64,000 nucleotides of DNA from Leidyana gryllorum EB-2025a (Eukaryota; Protista; Apicomplexa): contig JBLWGC010000043.1 in the NCBI GenBank assembly GCA_048772705.1, positions 310,001-374,000 of the forward strand. Direction: 5' to 3'. Shown here one piece after another: positions 36,901-47,781 of this stretch. The translations under genes were made by a program, and so were the position numbers. Under the pieces are notes generated by a model. It saw nothing but the letters and a program-made list of their open reading frames with translations, had not been told where the DNA came from and did not search any database. How positions within the stretch are numbered: the first letter of the stretch is position 1; each line of letters opens with the position of its first letter.

Positions 36901-37516
36901 GGCTCGGTTAGCAGCTGAGCTGGCTGAAGTGGAAGAGGCTCAAGTCGAAGCGCTGGCTGCAGCTGAGGAAATTGAGATGGCGGAGGAGGAGGAGTACGAG
37001 GAGCCCGTGTTGTCGGCTGAAGAAGCGGCTGAAGAGGTGCCGAGCGCTCTGATGAGTGAAGAGGAGGCTGAATTAAAAGAGTTATTATCAATGAACCGGA
37101 GAGACCGGTTGGTGAGTCTGTTGGCAAAATTAGCTCCCACTCTGGCGGAAACTGATTTGGCGACTGCCATACAACCCGCGGTCGAGTTCCTCGAGGACGA
37201 GTTACAGTTACCCCCCGCACCGCCAGCAGCACAGATGCCACAACCCCCCATGATGCCAACACCCTGGATGAATCGGCATCCGTATCCACCAATGTACCCC
37301 ATGATGGAGGGTCCCATCATAATTCCCTCTGCAGACATGATGGGACCAGTGCCACCCCAGATGATGGCCGGCAGCCGTCCCGACATGATGTTACCTCCAA
37401 GTAGACCAACAGCAGCCGATATGCGCCAGAACGAGCTCATGCAGAGACAACAAGAGTACATGATGAGAGCCGCCCCGCCGCCTTACTGGAGAGAAGGGGA
37501 ATGGATGAGGTTTTGA
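33911..37516 (+). CDS. Secreted protein C of the novel tandem family (1201 aa, intronless)
   Basis: MRKFTFIAALATFGGA signal; domain WLSRPQLGMFDP..DVPGV..IFDLPHRGAFNPGLAYRP; mucin-like Thr/Ala tracts, Glu repeats and a Met/Pro-rich tail. Confidence 0.88.
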   Translation: MRKFTFIAALATFGGAEPQSKRDANLRPSPVRQLTGNEVEAQNLLTRWRSAVNTAVAARATPPPESQVDQPDPLELDTLDLPTSSFAALPGAETTTVQGQTTEHRNLQTEAETTTTPPPAPGALSPKNDAAGAEKPQTKDQAADAKSGQASDAKAPVAKAPVAEDKKVPSASSPASGDDAAAAKTPAQEEEAGVKDGKAPAEEEEEGVKDSKAPAEEEEEGYGGKAPAQEEEEGLKDGKAPAQEEEEEGLGEQSKDGQELGTPSTSLHQQGPYDTPLGAWSSDIGMNTPLTQMSSMSTDRGRQELMSRLNQANRGVSNQAVPPPPVTPWSNPKPPGQWSSAGQLTRTPLTQWLESPINIWNRIPLPEVYVQGGAANKHCGQTTATKSWLSRPQLGMFDPEKWVPDCLTKISPFNPWPYLDATIDVPGVGRINLKPNRQQISARLPTNLEQAFPGLSAVVPQEITLHYPEWLQPLPGPPPPIFDLPHRGAFNPGLAYRPSSANPAWARGVQAPYGTQEHTAQDSEASREEMAMLYTMGELAKRVLACYETRSNCRPDTARRLAEVLARSGRGGSATQLSGFDLARLVLEGLEIMQQDPDAFSETDVELPKREYAGTVAKGIIKCFEGRGCNPGLTSFLGGPGKWEDLTDGQQQDILERIQQTEDPGLLEEFHQVGASGDDSVTGAQESQQTPADHREAQNDHDSPNPPHAAAGESAQEKGDKSAPAEQHEATASHGDASAGPAVAEKTPAIDTPASATTTAKPAGAGAAAKAPAQPAETDPVSTPHTAQEATTTPEPVETTPAGEGDNRNNEDTTKAPMPEAARMPAAATTTAAPKTAATTTTAAPAAAALAGADDMGDEEQSFSGDFGELQRRRLLAEDAASGEEQQLVADALPEVDVSAPAAPVTLARPLQGLLGRSFLGSFLNNRGRGWQQPLPPPEYTADKELEGMVSSRNPLGVIGQKPFLESKPAAIFTSMPSSDIAADLLAFQSDLEGQEEARLAAELAEVEEAQVEALAAAEEIEMAEEEEYEEPVLSAEEAAEEVPSALMSEEEAELKELLSMNRRDRLVSLLAKLAPTLAETDLATAIQPAVEFLEDELQLPPAPPAAQMPQPPMMPTPWMNRHPYPPMYPMMEGPIIIPSADMMGPVPPQMMAGSRPDMMLPPSRPTAADMRQNELMQRQQEYMMRAAPPPYWREGEWMRF
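34460..34680 (+). repeat. Coding repeat KAPA(E/Q)EEEEG(V/L)KDG, about 5 copies
   Basis: AAGGCCCC.GC..AGGAGGAGGA repeated in the DNA. Confidence 0.9.
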
Positions 37517-37554
37517 TTTTTACATTGAAAGATTTTTTATGGCAATTCGTCGCA

Positions 37555-38280
37555 ATGCGCAGACAATCACCATCACACAAATCATCGCTGTTTGAGAATG
37601 CCATCGCCAATATACCCCGAGGCGGGCCGACCTTGAGTACACGTAGTCGGTCCGTATTCGAGAGACTTGATCACATGCCCGATGCGGCACCTCCCAAGAG
37701 ACGAACTGTCCGTGCGAGTAGTCCATACGGACATCGAAGGGTAACCATGGATGTCAGCCGCCAACAGGATGGGTCTTCGTCTTCCTGGCGACACGATCGG
37801 TACCACGCCGCCGAAGGGCCCTCCGGCTCAACGCCGCCTGCAAACGGCATCCTGAGTACGGTGTTTGTACGGGGCCTAAATATGGACGTCAGTGAAGGTG
37901 CACTCCGAGGCTTATTCGAAGATGCGGGGTGCGAGGTTTCTATGGTTAAAATTGAAAGAGCTCCGTTGACAACCGCAGTGGTCGGCTTCGCTCGTCGAGA
38001 TCATGCTGCAAAGGCGGTGGAAAAAGTTCATGGACACCGCCTAATGGGAGCTCGCGTCCGTGTAATGGTGTGGAATCGGGATGACGGTGCTGCCATCAAA
38101 GCCCTGCAGGACCGTCGAGCCATGGATAGAGAAGAAGAGCTTCAGATGAAACAGGAGCTGATGCAAATGCAGCGCAATGACTCGTCGAGACCGTCAAACT
38201 CCGACTGGCCTGAAAGCCGAACAGGCGCAACAATGGCGCACCTGGCGCCCAAGCAATCTGTCTTCGAGCGCGTTTCTTAG
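37555..38280 (+). CDS. Single-RRM RNA-binding protein
   Basis: TVFVRGLNMDVSEGALRGLFE..AVVGFARRDHAAKAVEKVHGHRLMGARVRV. Confidence 0.85.
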   Translation: MRRQSPSHKSSLFENAIANIPRGGPTLSTRSRSVFERLDHMPDAAPPKRRTVRASSPYGHRRVTMDVSRQQDGSSSSWRHDRYHAAEGPSGSTPPANGILSTVFVRGLNMDVSEGALRGLFEDAGCEVSMVKIERAPLTTAVVGFARRDHAAKAVEKVHGHRLMGARVRVMVWNRDDGAAIKALQDRRAMDREEELQMKQELMQMQRNDSSRPSNSDWPESRTGATMAHLAPKQSVFERVS

Positions 38281-40760
38281 CTAAGCATCATCACAATGAG
38301 TACGGGTAGCAGCAACCGGATGAAATACAGCGAGCTTGCTCCCTCTGACAGTGCTACAACACCCTCCGATCCCATCATACGAGCCAGTGATGCTATGCGG
38401 CTGGACTTGGCCTTGCCTGTCAAGTTCTGCACGTGTGTGCCCGTCTCCATGATCAGTTGCTTGACTTCCTCGGCGGTCAGTTCGGGTTGATAGCTCCATA
38501 ATACAGCAGCCATCCCAGCAACAATGGGGGCGGAGAAGCTGGTTCCTTTCACCGAAGCAAGTTGGTTTTTCCCTGCGCGTTCGAATTGAGTGAGTCATGT
38601 CGTCGTAAAAGGTCAGTCATTTAGGAACACAATGCTTACCGTAAATTGTAATAATCCCACTGCCCGGAGCGAAGACGTCAACCGATTTGGATCCATAGTT
38701 GGAGAACCAGTCCAACTCGCCGTCTTCATTGGTCCCTCCCACGCTCACAATACTTGGCAGATCATAGCTTGCCGGAGTGAATGGGCCCAGCCAGTCACCA
38801 GTGTCGCTCAGACAGGCATTCGGGCCCGATTCACTGTCCAAGTCGCAGCCGTTATTGCCAGAGGAGCAGATAGACAAATGGCCCGCTGCCTGCAGGGCTG
38901 CATGCGCGTTGTACTCGGCTTCACTCGCTCCGAAACCGCCATACGAGTGATTGGATATCTTGATACCCTTGTCGAGCACATAGTTCAACGCCTGATGAGG
39001 GGGTTAACGGGACGCGACAAAGCGCTTCTGACTTACCCTCAAAACAGAGGTCATTGTGATCTTTTGCAGATCGGAATCATATATCTTTAGACACATAATC
39101 TTGCAATGCGGACATATGCCGCTGATATCTATCTTGTTGTTGGACTCTGCGGCCACCAGGCCAGAAGTAGAGCTCCCATGGATCTTCCCAACAACTTCGT
39201 CCGTGGGATCCGGTTGGTCGTTGCCAAAGTCCTGGGCGTTTGGTTTGTGACACAACAACGAGTTGACTTACATATCCGACACAATCACGGCTCACTCCAT
39301 CATCGGAAACGATGTCTGTCTCATCTCCCACAAAAGAGTCGGAGGTACAACCTGGTGTTTCTGTGTTCCTCCAAAATTGATTGACCAGATCTGAGTTTCG
39401 AGAGCACCCTGAATCCAATATAGCAACAGTCATTCCATAGTGTACATTCGCCAAATTGGCAAATTCCAATGCTACTTGTGCTGTTTGAAAGAGAAAGGGC
39501 GAGAAATGTTTTGATAGTTATGATTGCGGTCGACTCACAAAGCGATGAATTAGCGGCAGAAGAGTTCAGGAACTGGTCTCTCAGCATTGAACTCCATCCG
39601 TCGATGACCTGTGCTCCGTAGGGTTGCTCTTGGCTCGGGCCGCGTAGGTACCACTGATTCGAGAAATATCTATCATTGGGGACCACGAGTGTGTATTGAA
39701 TGGGAGATTCCGTTGACTGTACTTCTTTAAATAGCCCAAGAAACTTCTTTTCCACATTGTCCACTGTCGTCTGGAAAGACGATACCTTCTCTGTGCGTGC
39801 TGACGGCGATACAGTCACGTTGCTTTCCCGCATTACACGGATGGACTTGAGTGGAGTGTTGCTCGTGGGAGGTTCTATTTGTCCCAAGGCTTCCTTGGTT
39901 CGATCTGCTTCTGGTTTGAAAGCCCCACATGGCAATAAATTGGCCAAGTTTAGGAGATCCACTCCCAATAGGGGATTATGGATCAGCTTCATACCGAGTC
40001 CATGCAACGCTTCGGTCTCTGTCACGATCGACAAGGCTTGATGGCTCATCCACTGGGCTTCGTTCTGGAGGTTTTTGTCTCCATCAGCGGCTACTCGCGT
40101 CAACGTTGCGTTTCTTGAGCTCTGTTTGGCCTCAAGGCGTGCCTCCATGCGTGTGAGCCACGAGTCTTTGACTTCGACTTGGGCATGTTCCTTTACCAGA
40201 GCCAATGCCTCCCTCCAGCTGCCTCTCTTCTCGAGAGTCAGGAACTCGCTGACGTGATCAGTTCCGATCAGCTGCAGAGCTGCCAGGAGGTGCAGTGCGG
40301 ATAAAATCTCGTCTTCTCGTTGCGCGGGAGACGTGTCGCCCAGTCGTCTACGCACTGCCGCCGTTTTGTCGAGGAGAATGGGTTTGAGAGATGGCACTCC
40401 CACGATGGCTTGAGCGTCGTTCAAATGCTTATCGAAGACAGTCTTGAAGGCGGAGGGATCCGGGTATGAGGTATTGGCACCAGACTTTTGAGTGAGACTC
40501 GCAAAACCAGCAGATTTAGTATCAACGGTCTTGAGGCTCGCCCGTTGCATCTCCTTGAGCTGCTCCTCAATGTATTCGGCCAAGTCAAAGTCCTTGTGTT
40601 CTGAACATGCGGAGTCAAACTTGATGATGATGTGGTCATATAAGAGCTCAGAGGCTACCCGATTGGCCTGCGCTTCTTGAAGGTCAAGGGCAAGTACTTC
40701 TACGACATCGGTCTCCTCTGCCAACACACTGGTCAATGCTAGCAACCACCACTTCTTCAT
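38277..40760 (-). CDS. Subtilisin-like serine protease (S8A) 1 with long prodomain and C-terminal hydrophobic (GPI/TM-like) tail; four introns
   Basis: Signal MKKWWLLALTSVLA; PNDRYFSNQWYL; triad ILDSG / IHGSSTSG / GTSFSAP; oxyanion SSGNNG; tail GASSLYFIRLLLPVLIVMMLS. Confidence 0.92.
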
Positions 40761-40780
40761 GGGGGACATGCACCAAAACG

Positions 40781-41601
40781 TTATGGGGGTTCGCTTCTGC
40801 TTGTGTGCAAGAAGGAAAGAATCTGCAACACCGCTTAACACCCAGTCCCAATCCGCTGTTACCTACCCAACGGACCACTCGGATGATTAACAATCCTAAT
40901 CTCAAGAGGTTCAGCCTCTTGCAGAATATATATGCTAAAACCCCGATCGCGAAGTTCCGGGCCCAACGCAGATACCGCTCATCCACCTCCGCCCTAACAC
41001 CCCATTTTCGTGTCCAACAGGACTGGAGGGACTCTTACTTTTGTCTCAACTCTCGCAAACGCTCCCCTGCCAGACTCAACTCCGTTGTGTAACGGGAGAA
41101 CATAGTCTTCGTACCAGCGAGGTTGGCCGAAATACCGATCAGACCCTCCTCCACTCTATCCATCTTAGCCAACTCTTCCTGCATCCTCGCCTTGGCCGCT
41201 CTCAGAGTCCTCTCGGCCGTCTTCATCTCTTTACGTTGCCGCTGTCGCTTGTCGGCCGCCAGAAACAGCCGATTTCGCTCATGCATCTCCACTGTAGTTT
41301 CCAAGGCGACTTCGAAACTGAGAGGCCGATGACAGACATCAGCGCCACACCTCCCTCTCACCCACCTGGACAACTCTTTTGAGTGCCAATTCAACAATAA
41401 ACCCAAACACTGCCCGTCATGAAGATTGGTGGTCGCAATCTGATAGGCGCGAGTAGCCTCCATGACCCGCTTGTACTCTCGAACCGCTGTGTTGCAAGCG
41501 GTTTGAGCCTGGCCGAACACTCCATCGTCAACGTCTCCCGCCAAATACGCTAACAGGGTCACTACCTGGCCGTGCAGCAGGTTCAAGTCTTGGACACCCA
41601 T
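40781..41601 (-). CDS. SEC20: Sec20/BNIP1-like ER SNARE
   Basis: SNARE-like coil ARMQEELAKM..LAGTKTMFSRY..LRELRQK|AEVDERYL, followed by TM FAIGVLAYIFCKRL. Joined over GT-AG introns; stop at 40781. Confidence 0.7.
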
Positions 41602-41801
41602 ATCTTTTTTCTCCACAGACAGTGTATGGTGAGAAATATATCATTGCCGCGTCGTGGCGAGAGAATACACCGCGACTAATCTAAGCCGCGACTCGGCGGG
41701 CTGTTTTACTATCGCTCATGAAAACTACATTCAGGAGGAAACTTGGATCAACCAGCGTGTTTGTACACTTAGGCAAGGTACATCACGCCAATTGAACCAA
41801 A

Positions 41802-43128
41802 ATGTACAATACTCCCGTGACACAGTCAGTTTTTCTTCGTCGTCGCCGCTTTCTTCTGATGCGCTCGCCTCCTCCTGCAGGCGGCGAGTCCCAACGTTTG
41901 TCCCTCGCCTCCACCAGAAAGTCAGACCCTCTGAACAGGTACCCCACCACAGATGGCGTACATCTGGCATGCGCCCTGGCCACTGAATGGTTCCGTGAAG
42001 ACTGGAACACGAGAGCGCGACACGGCCTCACTCGAGAGGCACTTGTTCAACTTTACCACAACGACGGGCACGGCAATAATAAGGTGAGCTACTTTACACT
42101 TTCACACTCTCTTCATGATCTCTTTTCCTCAGCTGGTAGATATTGCTGATTTGACCGGGATACTGCGCCGCGATGGTGATTTTGAGCGACCCATCCCGGG
42201 GAAGCGATGCCGCTGCGAGGGAGGGGCGCTCTGGCGGTACCAGTTCTCTAAACCTCATCCATTCACGGAACCGGACAATCCGTGGATAATCGCATTCGGC
42301 GAAGCAGCCGCTCCTTTGAGCACTGTGGGCCGACCCTCTCGACCGTGCATGAATTTGCAGTCATCAACCGACTTTATGGTCTTCACTTTGCAGTACCTCG
42401 GAGATAAAGATTTGTGCGAGTGCGAAGATGAAAATGACTGCGTCTCGAGACGATATCGGGGCTCATACTTGGCATTGGGGGATCCAAAACTCGACGTGCG
42501 CACGGGTGCCAGGGGAGCTCGGGCTACCGAAATGCTCAAAAGCCGCGGGCGCATCCGGGGATTGGGGCTACGGGAACGCTACCGGCGGATATCCAAGTCT
42601 ACTCTACTCTGTTGTTATGCACAAGATCAATTAGAAGGGATGTGCGCCGTCTTTCACGCTGCATCCGGAGCCTTTTTGGGGAGACGCACCTCCAGCTCGG
42701 GTTACTTTACGTGGATAGATCACAAAGAAGGAAGGGATAATCGATTTCAGAGTCAGTTTCGTTTCAGTTGGGTGGCCGATCTCACACAACGCGCTCGGAT
42801 TTACGGGCAGCAGCGTCTTTATAGCGAGGTCGAGGAGATATTCTGCGAATCCCCTGGAACTACACCGCCAAGCGCGCCAATGATCGGCGTCGTCGAGGAG
42901 GAGGAGTCTGAGGGGGACGGATGGACATCTCCTCATTACCGCACTGTGTTTCACAACTCACCACTGTCAGTTGTCACACATGTATCGGCCGAGCAAACGC
43001 CTGTTCGCATAAGGGCCACAAGTCATGAAAGCACCACTTCCAGCGGACACGGGCGGGTCAGAAAAAGCTCAGATCCCACTTTTGATGTGGAAACGCGGCC
43101 CATTTCGTGGTCAGAGCCGCGTAGGTGA
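41802..43128 (+). CDS. Hypothetical Cys-containing protein, two exons (intron ~42084-42132)
   Basis: Two ORFs joined by GTGAGC..CTCAG in frame; no family recognised. Confidence 0.55.
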
Positions 43129-43530
43129 ACGCGCCGAGGGATTGTCAATCCCCTGAAAATAAACATAGATCGGAAGGAAGGCGAACAGCGCCGCCGCAGA
43201 TAGGGCCATACTGGAGCCAACAGTCAGTGCGCTCATGAGAAGGGGATGCTTGCAGAAGCCCTGTTCCATCCAGAGACCCAATGAAACCACAATCGGGGGC
43301 CAGCCGCTTCCCCTCGCTTCCTCAGCCTCGAAAGAATCGTCCCAAGGGACATATGGAGTGGTAGCGGACGATGGGGGCTCTTCAGTGCAGTTCGGCAAGA
43401 TATTGTATTGAACGGCGCATTGTCCAGGTGCCACTGCGGACGAAGCAGCGGTGGCAGTCACACTGTCGATGTTGAGGAGGAAGCACCATAGCCAGGAAAG
43501 CACCAGTATACGGATGTGAGTGAACCACAT
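43111..43530 (-). CDS. Small hypothetical membrane protein with signal peptide
   Basis: Hydrophobic N-terminus (MWFTHIRILVLSWLWCFLL) and a C-terminal TM segment. Confidence 0.55.
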   Translation of the reverse strand: MWFTHIRILVLSWLWCFLLNIDSVTATAASSAVAPGQCAVQYNILPNCTEEPPSSATTPYVPWDDSFEAEEARGSGWPPIVVSLGLWMEQGFCKHPLLMSALTVGSSMALSAAALFAFLPIYVYFQGIDNPSARSPTRL

Positions 43531-43852
43531 TGTTGAGCTTGTTTGTACACAAACAATTAGACACTTATACAAACACTGTTGTGTTGTCGAACACAAATCG
43601 ACGTCAACGTAGTAATGCGTCTTGAGGTCACAACCGCCCTCTTTGAGGGTCACATGGGGCGGGCAATTATTAGGAAGTCATGTCACCGCCAGAGTAGGAA
43701 TATTTGGGTGGGCAGACCATCAGATGGCAAAGTAACCAAATAATATCTGTTGAGCGTGGGTAGCCAACTCATGATGTCAAACTCGCACACCTCTTCCTGG
43801 TGACCGCCGTTTTTAATGAAAGCTCGCGACGTTAGTTCAGGGTTAGATCAAC

Positions 43853-45513
43853 ATGCAAGTCGGCACACGGGGCGGCGAGGAGGAGAGGCTTCCGAGTGCA
43901 AGAGTTGATGAGGTCGGCCAAGTCCTAACGTCAAGGAGCAGTTCGCAGAGCGCGCCCACAGAGGCCCCCTGCCTACCCCACCTTCCTCTTACTGTTCCCG
44001 CTGCTACCAAACAAGCGCTCCAGCTTGAGTCTATGATGTCTTCTGTAGTTTCTGAGGCCTCTGGTGTCATATTGCTGCTGGGGGACAGGGATTGCAATCT
44101 GATAGACGCTGCTTTCGGTCCCTTCTCCAGACCGAAGGAGGAAAGAGGCAAAGGGCCCAAACTGTGGGCTGCTGCGACTGAATCCGGCGCCTTGATATTG
44201 GACTTGGAACCCAGAGGAACACAATTAGATGACAGCACCCAACCACCTGAAACCGAACCCACTGCCGAGAACGCGTCTGCTGCTGCTGAGTCTCAACACA
44301 ATCTGGAGACAAGATTGATACAAATGGCACTCGAAGTTTGCAATGCGGTGGTGATAAATATCAATTTCCGAGATGTCGAATCTGGCAGCATGTCAAATAG
44401 ACGCTTGGGCGAACAGCTTAAGCTTGTTTGTCAGTGCGAACGAGATGACGAGTTACCCAAAAAGCTGATCTTGTGTGTAAGAGATTGGGATCCAATCCAA
44501 CATCACGCAGGTAGGGCAATTTCAACGAGCCTCTACCAGATCAATGGAGTCGCACAGGCGTCATGCAATCCAGAATCGTCCCTCGGTTTCTGAGTAGAGC
44601 ATTTGGCACCTGTGATCGCGTTAAAAATCTATTCAATGTGATCACGTGCCTGTTCACCAACCCGGCAGATGCTCCCGCAGAGTTTCACTGTGCCATCGCC
44701 CAATTAAAACAAAAGTAAGCGTAGAAATCACCCACACAACTTGTGCGAGGAACATCCATTCACAGTGTGAACGACATACAAAGATATATCACCCGGAGGC
44801 GTAATAGGCCGAGGAACGAAGCGTTTGCCCAACATTTACTCAACACCTGGCACACAGCTGGGGGTGGCCGGGCCCAAGAGGCTGGCTCAGATGCTCGTGA
44901 CACCTCTGGAACGAGGAGAGGCGGCGGCAGACATACACCTGAAAGTGGTTCTCAAACGGCCCCTGACCAGGTACCGGCTTCGAACCCCGCTCAGAAAGTT
45001 GTGGACGCGCCAATGGAGGAAGAACCAGAGCAACTCCCAGAAGTCCAACAAGATATCGCGGAGCCTGTGGACGCCACTCCGGAGACTGCAGAAGCCACTC
45101 CTCCAGTTCCCAACGAGCCACCAGTATCAGTGCCTGCTGAAGGTCCAGCAGCTAAGATTTCTGAAGTTCCGGCAGTAACGAGTGACACGGCACTGAACGC
45201 GACCATTGCGGACTCAGTGCACTGCGAAAAGTATGGAAAGAAGAGGAAAGGGAAACACAGCCGGCATCACGATCCTCTGCGATTTCCGGGACCCTATGAT
45301 ATCGGACGACATGGAAATCACATCTGGCAGAGGACAGGGGCATCGGATACGTCTATATGTTTGGTAATCATGTTGCAACAGCAGTTTTTGGCCTTGCAAG
45401 CCAGGTTTGAGGATCTTCAGAAGGAATCCTATCGGCGGGAAGCACAGATTGGGGAACTCCAGCAGGAAATCCAGCGGTTACACAAGACATTCCCAATGGC
45501 GAGTTGTCTTTGA
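43853..45513 (+). CDS. Degenerate RHD3/Sey1 (atlastin-like) GTPase-domain protein with C-terminal coiled coil; introns ~44511-44557 and ~44715-44765
   Basis: Collinear Sey1-like blocks VILLLG, KLWAA, LILDLE, LETRLIQMALEVCNAVVIN, LILCVRDWD, LFNVITCLFTNP..EF..IAQLK and FAQHLLNTW. No GxxxxGKS motif. Confidence 0.6.
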
Positions 45514-45565
45514 GGTGGGGAACGTCAGAACGGACTCTATGTGCGCGATAGGCGAAAAACAACAG

Positions 45566-46082
45566 ATGGGCAGTGTTCTGCACACTCTGGACGCAGACTG
45601 CTCTGCATCGAACAATGGTGGACGGGAGTGGACACACGTGTGCCACACATACAAAACTACACGCTTAAGACCGGAAGATGCGTTTGTGGATGAAGCAAGT
45701 AGCTGCAATCAATATAACGTGCACGGAATCTGAAGACGATGTGGTGAAGATAAAAGGCGTCCGGGCAAATGGCAGTCCGCACTGGGCGGAATTTGAGAAG
45801 GAGTTGATGTGGCGAAAACGTGTTCTTCGGTCTCTGTTGAACGCGACGGTGCCCGACAATGAGAGCGATGACCGTGACGGAGGCCGAAGCGAACTGCTTC
45901 ACCATGAGTACAACGGGCTCCCAAGCAGAGTGCGGTCATACGTGCCTGAGTTACTGCGACCTCTTACCACCAGTCGCAATCCGCTATCGATCCGGTCAAC
46001 GAAAGAGCCGCGGGTACCGTATTGGACGGCTTGCGAGATCGCAGAGCTGGGAGAAGACCTGCACACTCTGATGAAGATATAA
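45566..46082 (+). CDS. Small hypothetical protein, possible N-myristoylation (MGSV); intron 45618-45669
   Basis: A short first exon splices in frame to the 134-aa ORF. Confidence 0.45.
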
Positions 46083-46094
46083 TTTAGGATGCGT

Positions 46095-47739
46095 TCAGCC
46101 CCTTTGACAGGCCTTGACAAGTTTTGATGCGTCCACCTTGCCCCCCCATTTTGTCTTATCCTTCATCTCCGCGACTGCAACCACCGATTGTTGCATGAGT
46201 TGGATAATTTTTGAGTATCGTAGATTCGGATTCGCCGCTAGGCACAATGCTGCCAAGCCTGCGATGTTCGGTGTGGCACAGCTGGTACCTCCACGATAAG
46301 CATAGCCATCGTTGAGACCGAGGCTGTACACATAGTCACCAGGCGCTGCGACATGAACAGTATTTCTGCCCCAATTGCCTTCGTCGATTAGCTTTTGATC
46401 TTGATCGTATCCAGTGACGACAATCATATTGTCCAAATCGGTATAGCTAGCAGGATATGACGGTTGTTGGTCGATATCGCGCTTGTTGTTTCCAGCGGCT
46501 GTGACGAATAAGATGTCGTGTTTCGCAACGCCCGATATGGCTTTTTTCAGCTGAGCAGTCTCTTGCGATCCTCCCCAACTTGCCGTGGCCACATCCACAT
46601 CGATTTTGGTGGCGTAATCCAAGCATTTGGACGCATCACTCATTCGTCCCTGCGCATCGCGATAGTTATTTCGTGCGGTGTGTGTAGGCTCACCGATGTT
46701 CCGCTCCCCATGAATTTGCAGCAGACGATTTCGGGTGCCCAATTGATACCGGCAACGCCGATTCTGTTGTTGGTTACAGCGCCGATGATGCCAGCCATAT
46801 GGCTGCCATGTCCGTCGGTGTCCATACAGTTGCCGGTCTCGTCAGAAGCGTTGATGCCATGTTTGTCGCCCTTGTAGCCATTATCTGGGAAGATAGGATA
46901 GATGGCGTGGGTTGAAGAGCGGACTCACTGTCTCTGTCCTGATTAAAGTCGTCTCCTTCTTTGTTATTATTCCACATGTTATCTTTCATGTCTTGGTGCT
47001 TAAAGTCAACACCGGTATCAATGACCATCACGCGGATGCCCCTGTCACCTTTGGTGACACTCCATGCATCCGGAACTTTTTGATCTTTGAGGTGCCATTG
47101 CTGTGAGTACTTATCGTCGTTTGGCGAGGGGACGCGTCCCAGAGACCTCAAGTTTTCACTCTTGGTGACCAGTGCGTCTGCCGATATCTGCAGGGAGAGA
47201 TGCTGCGTTGGGAGACCTTTCAGTTTGGAGAAACTCACCTCCTCGACAAAGGGGTTACAGCCGATTTCTACTGCCATATGACGAATGTGCGCTAAGGTGG
47301 CCCCCCTCGGGACTCGAACGTGTCCAATGCCCAAATTCTCTGAGAGAAAGATGTCCGACTCGTGGCCGCCCCATCTTTTGACCGAGTCTGAAAGGCACTC
47401 CTTAGAAAGGCCTTGCAGACAAGTGGGAGGTGGGGTCCAATTAGTACACACGTTAACAGTCGCCTCTCCAGTCAGCAGCTCAAAGTCCGACGGTAACTCG
47501 ACTCCAGCGACAGTGCGACGGCTGGGGATGCTACGTACTGAGGCAGAGTGAACTCGACCCCAATTAAATAGGAGAGCGTTAGGGCGAGATAATAGGGGGA
47601 TTGATAGTTCGTGAAGCAATAAAGTGAGATCGCGGAGCGCAAAATGTACCATCGGCACGAAAGCAGCGGTCTGATCGGACACGTCTACGGCCCCAGCAGC
47701 CCCGATAATGAGCATTGCACTCAGGAATGATCGCTTCAT
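46095..47739 (-). CDS. Subtilisin-like serine protease (S8A) 2; two introns
   Basis: Signal peptide; PNDDKYSQQWHL; VIDTG / HGSHMAG / AAGN / GTSCATP. Confidence 0.95.
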
Positions 47740-47781
47740 GGGGAATGTGTAGAGGGAAAACGATTTGGTCCCAGGAGGTTC

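Noticed and set aside
41035-46082. Possible mobile or viral insertion between the subtilisin genes
   Set aside because: No transposase, RT, integrase or terminal repeats; the genes carry host-type introns and include a Sec20-like SNARE.
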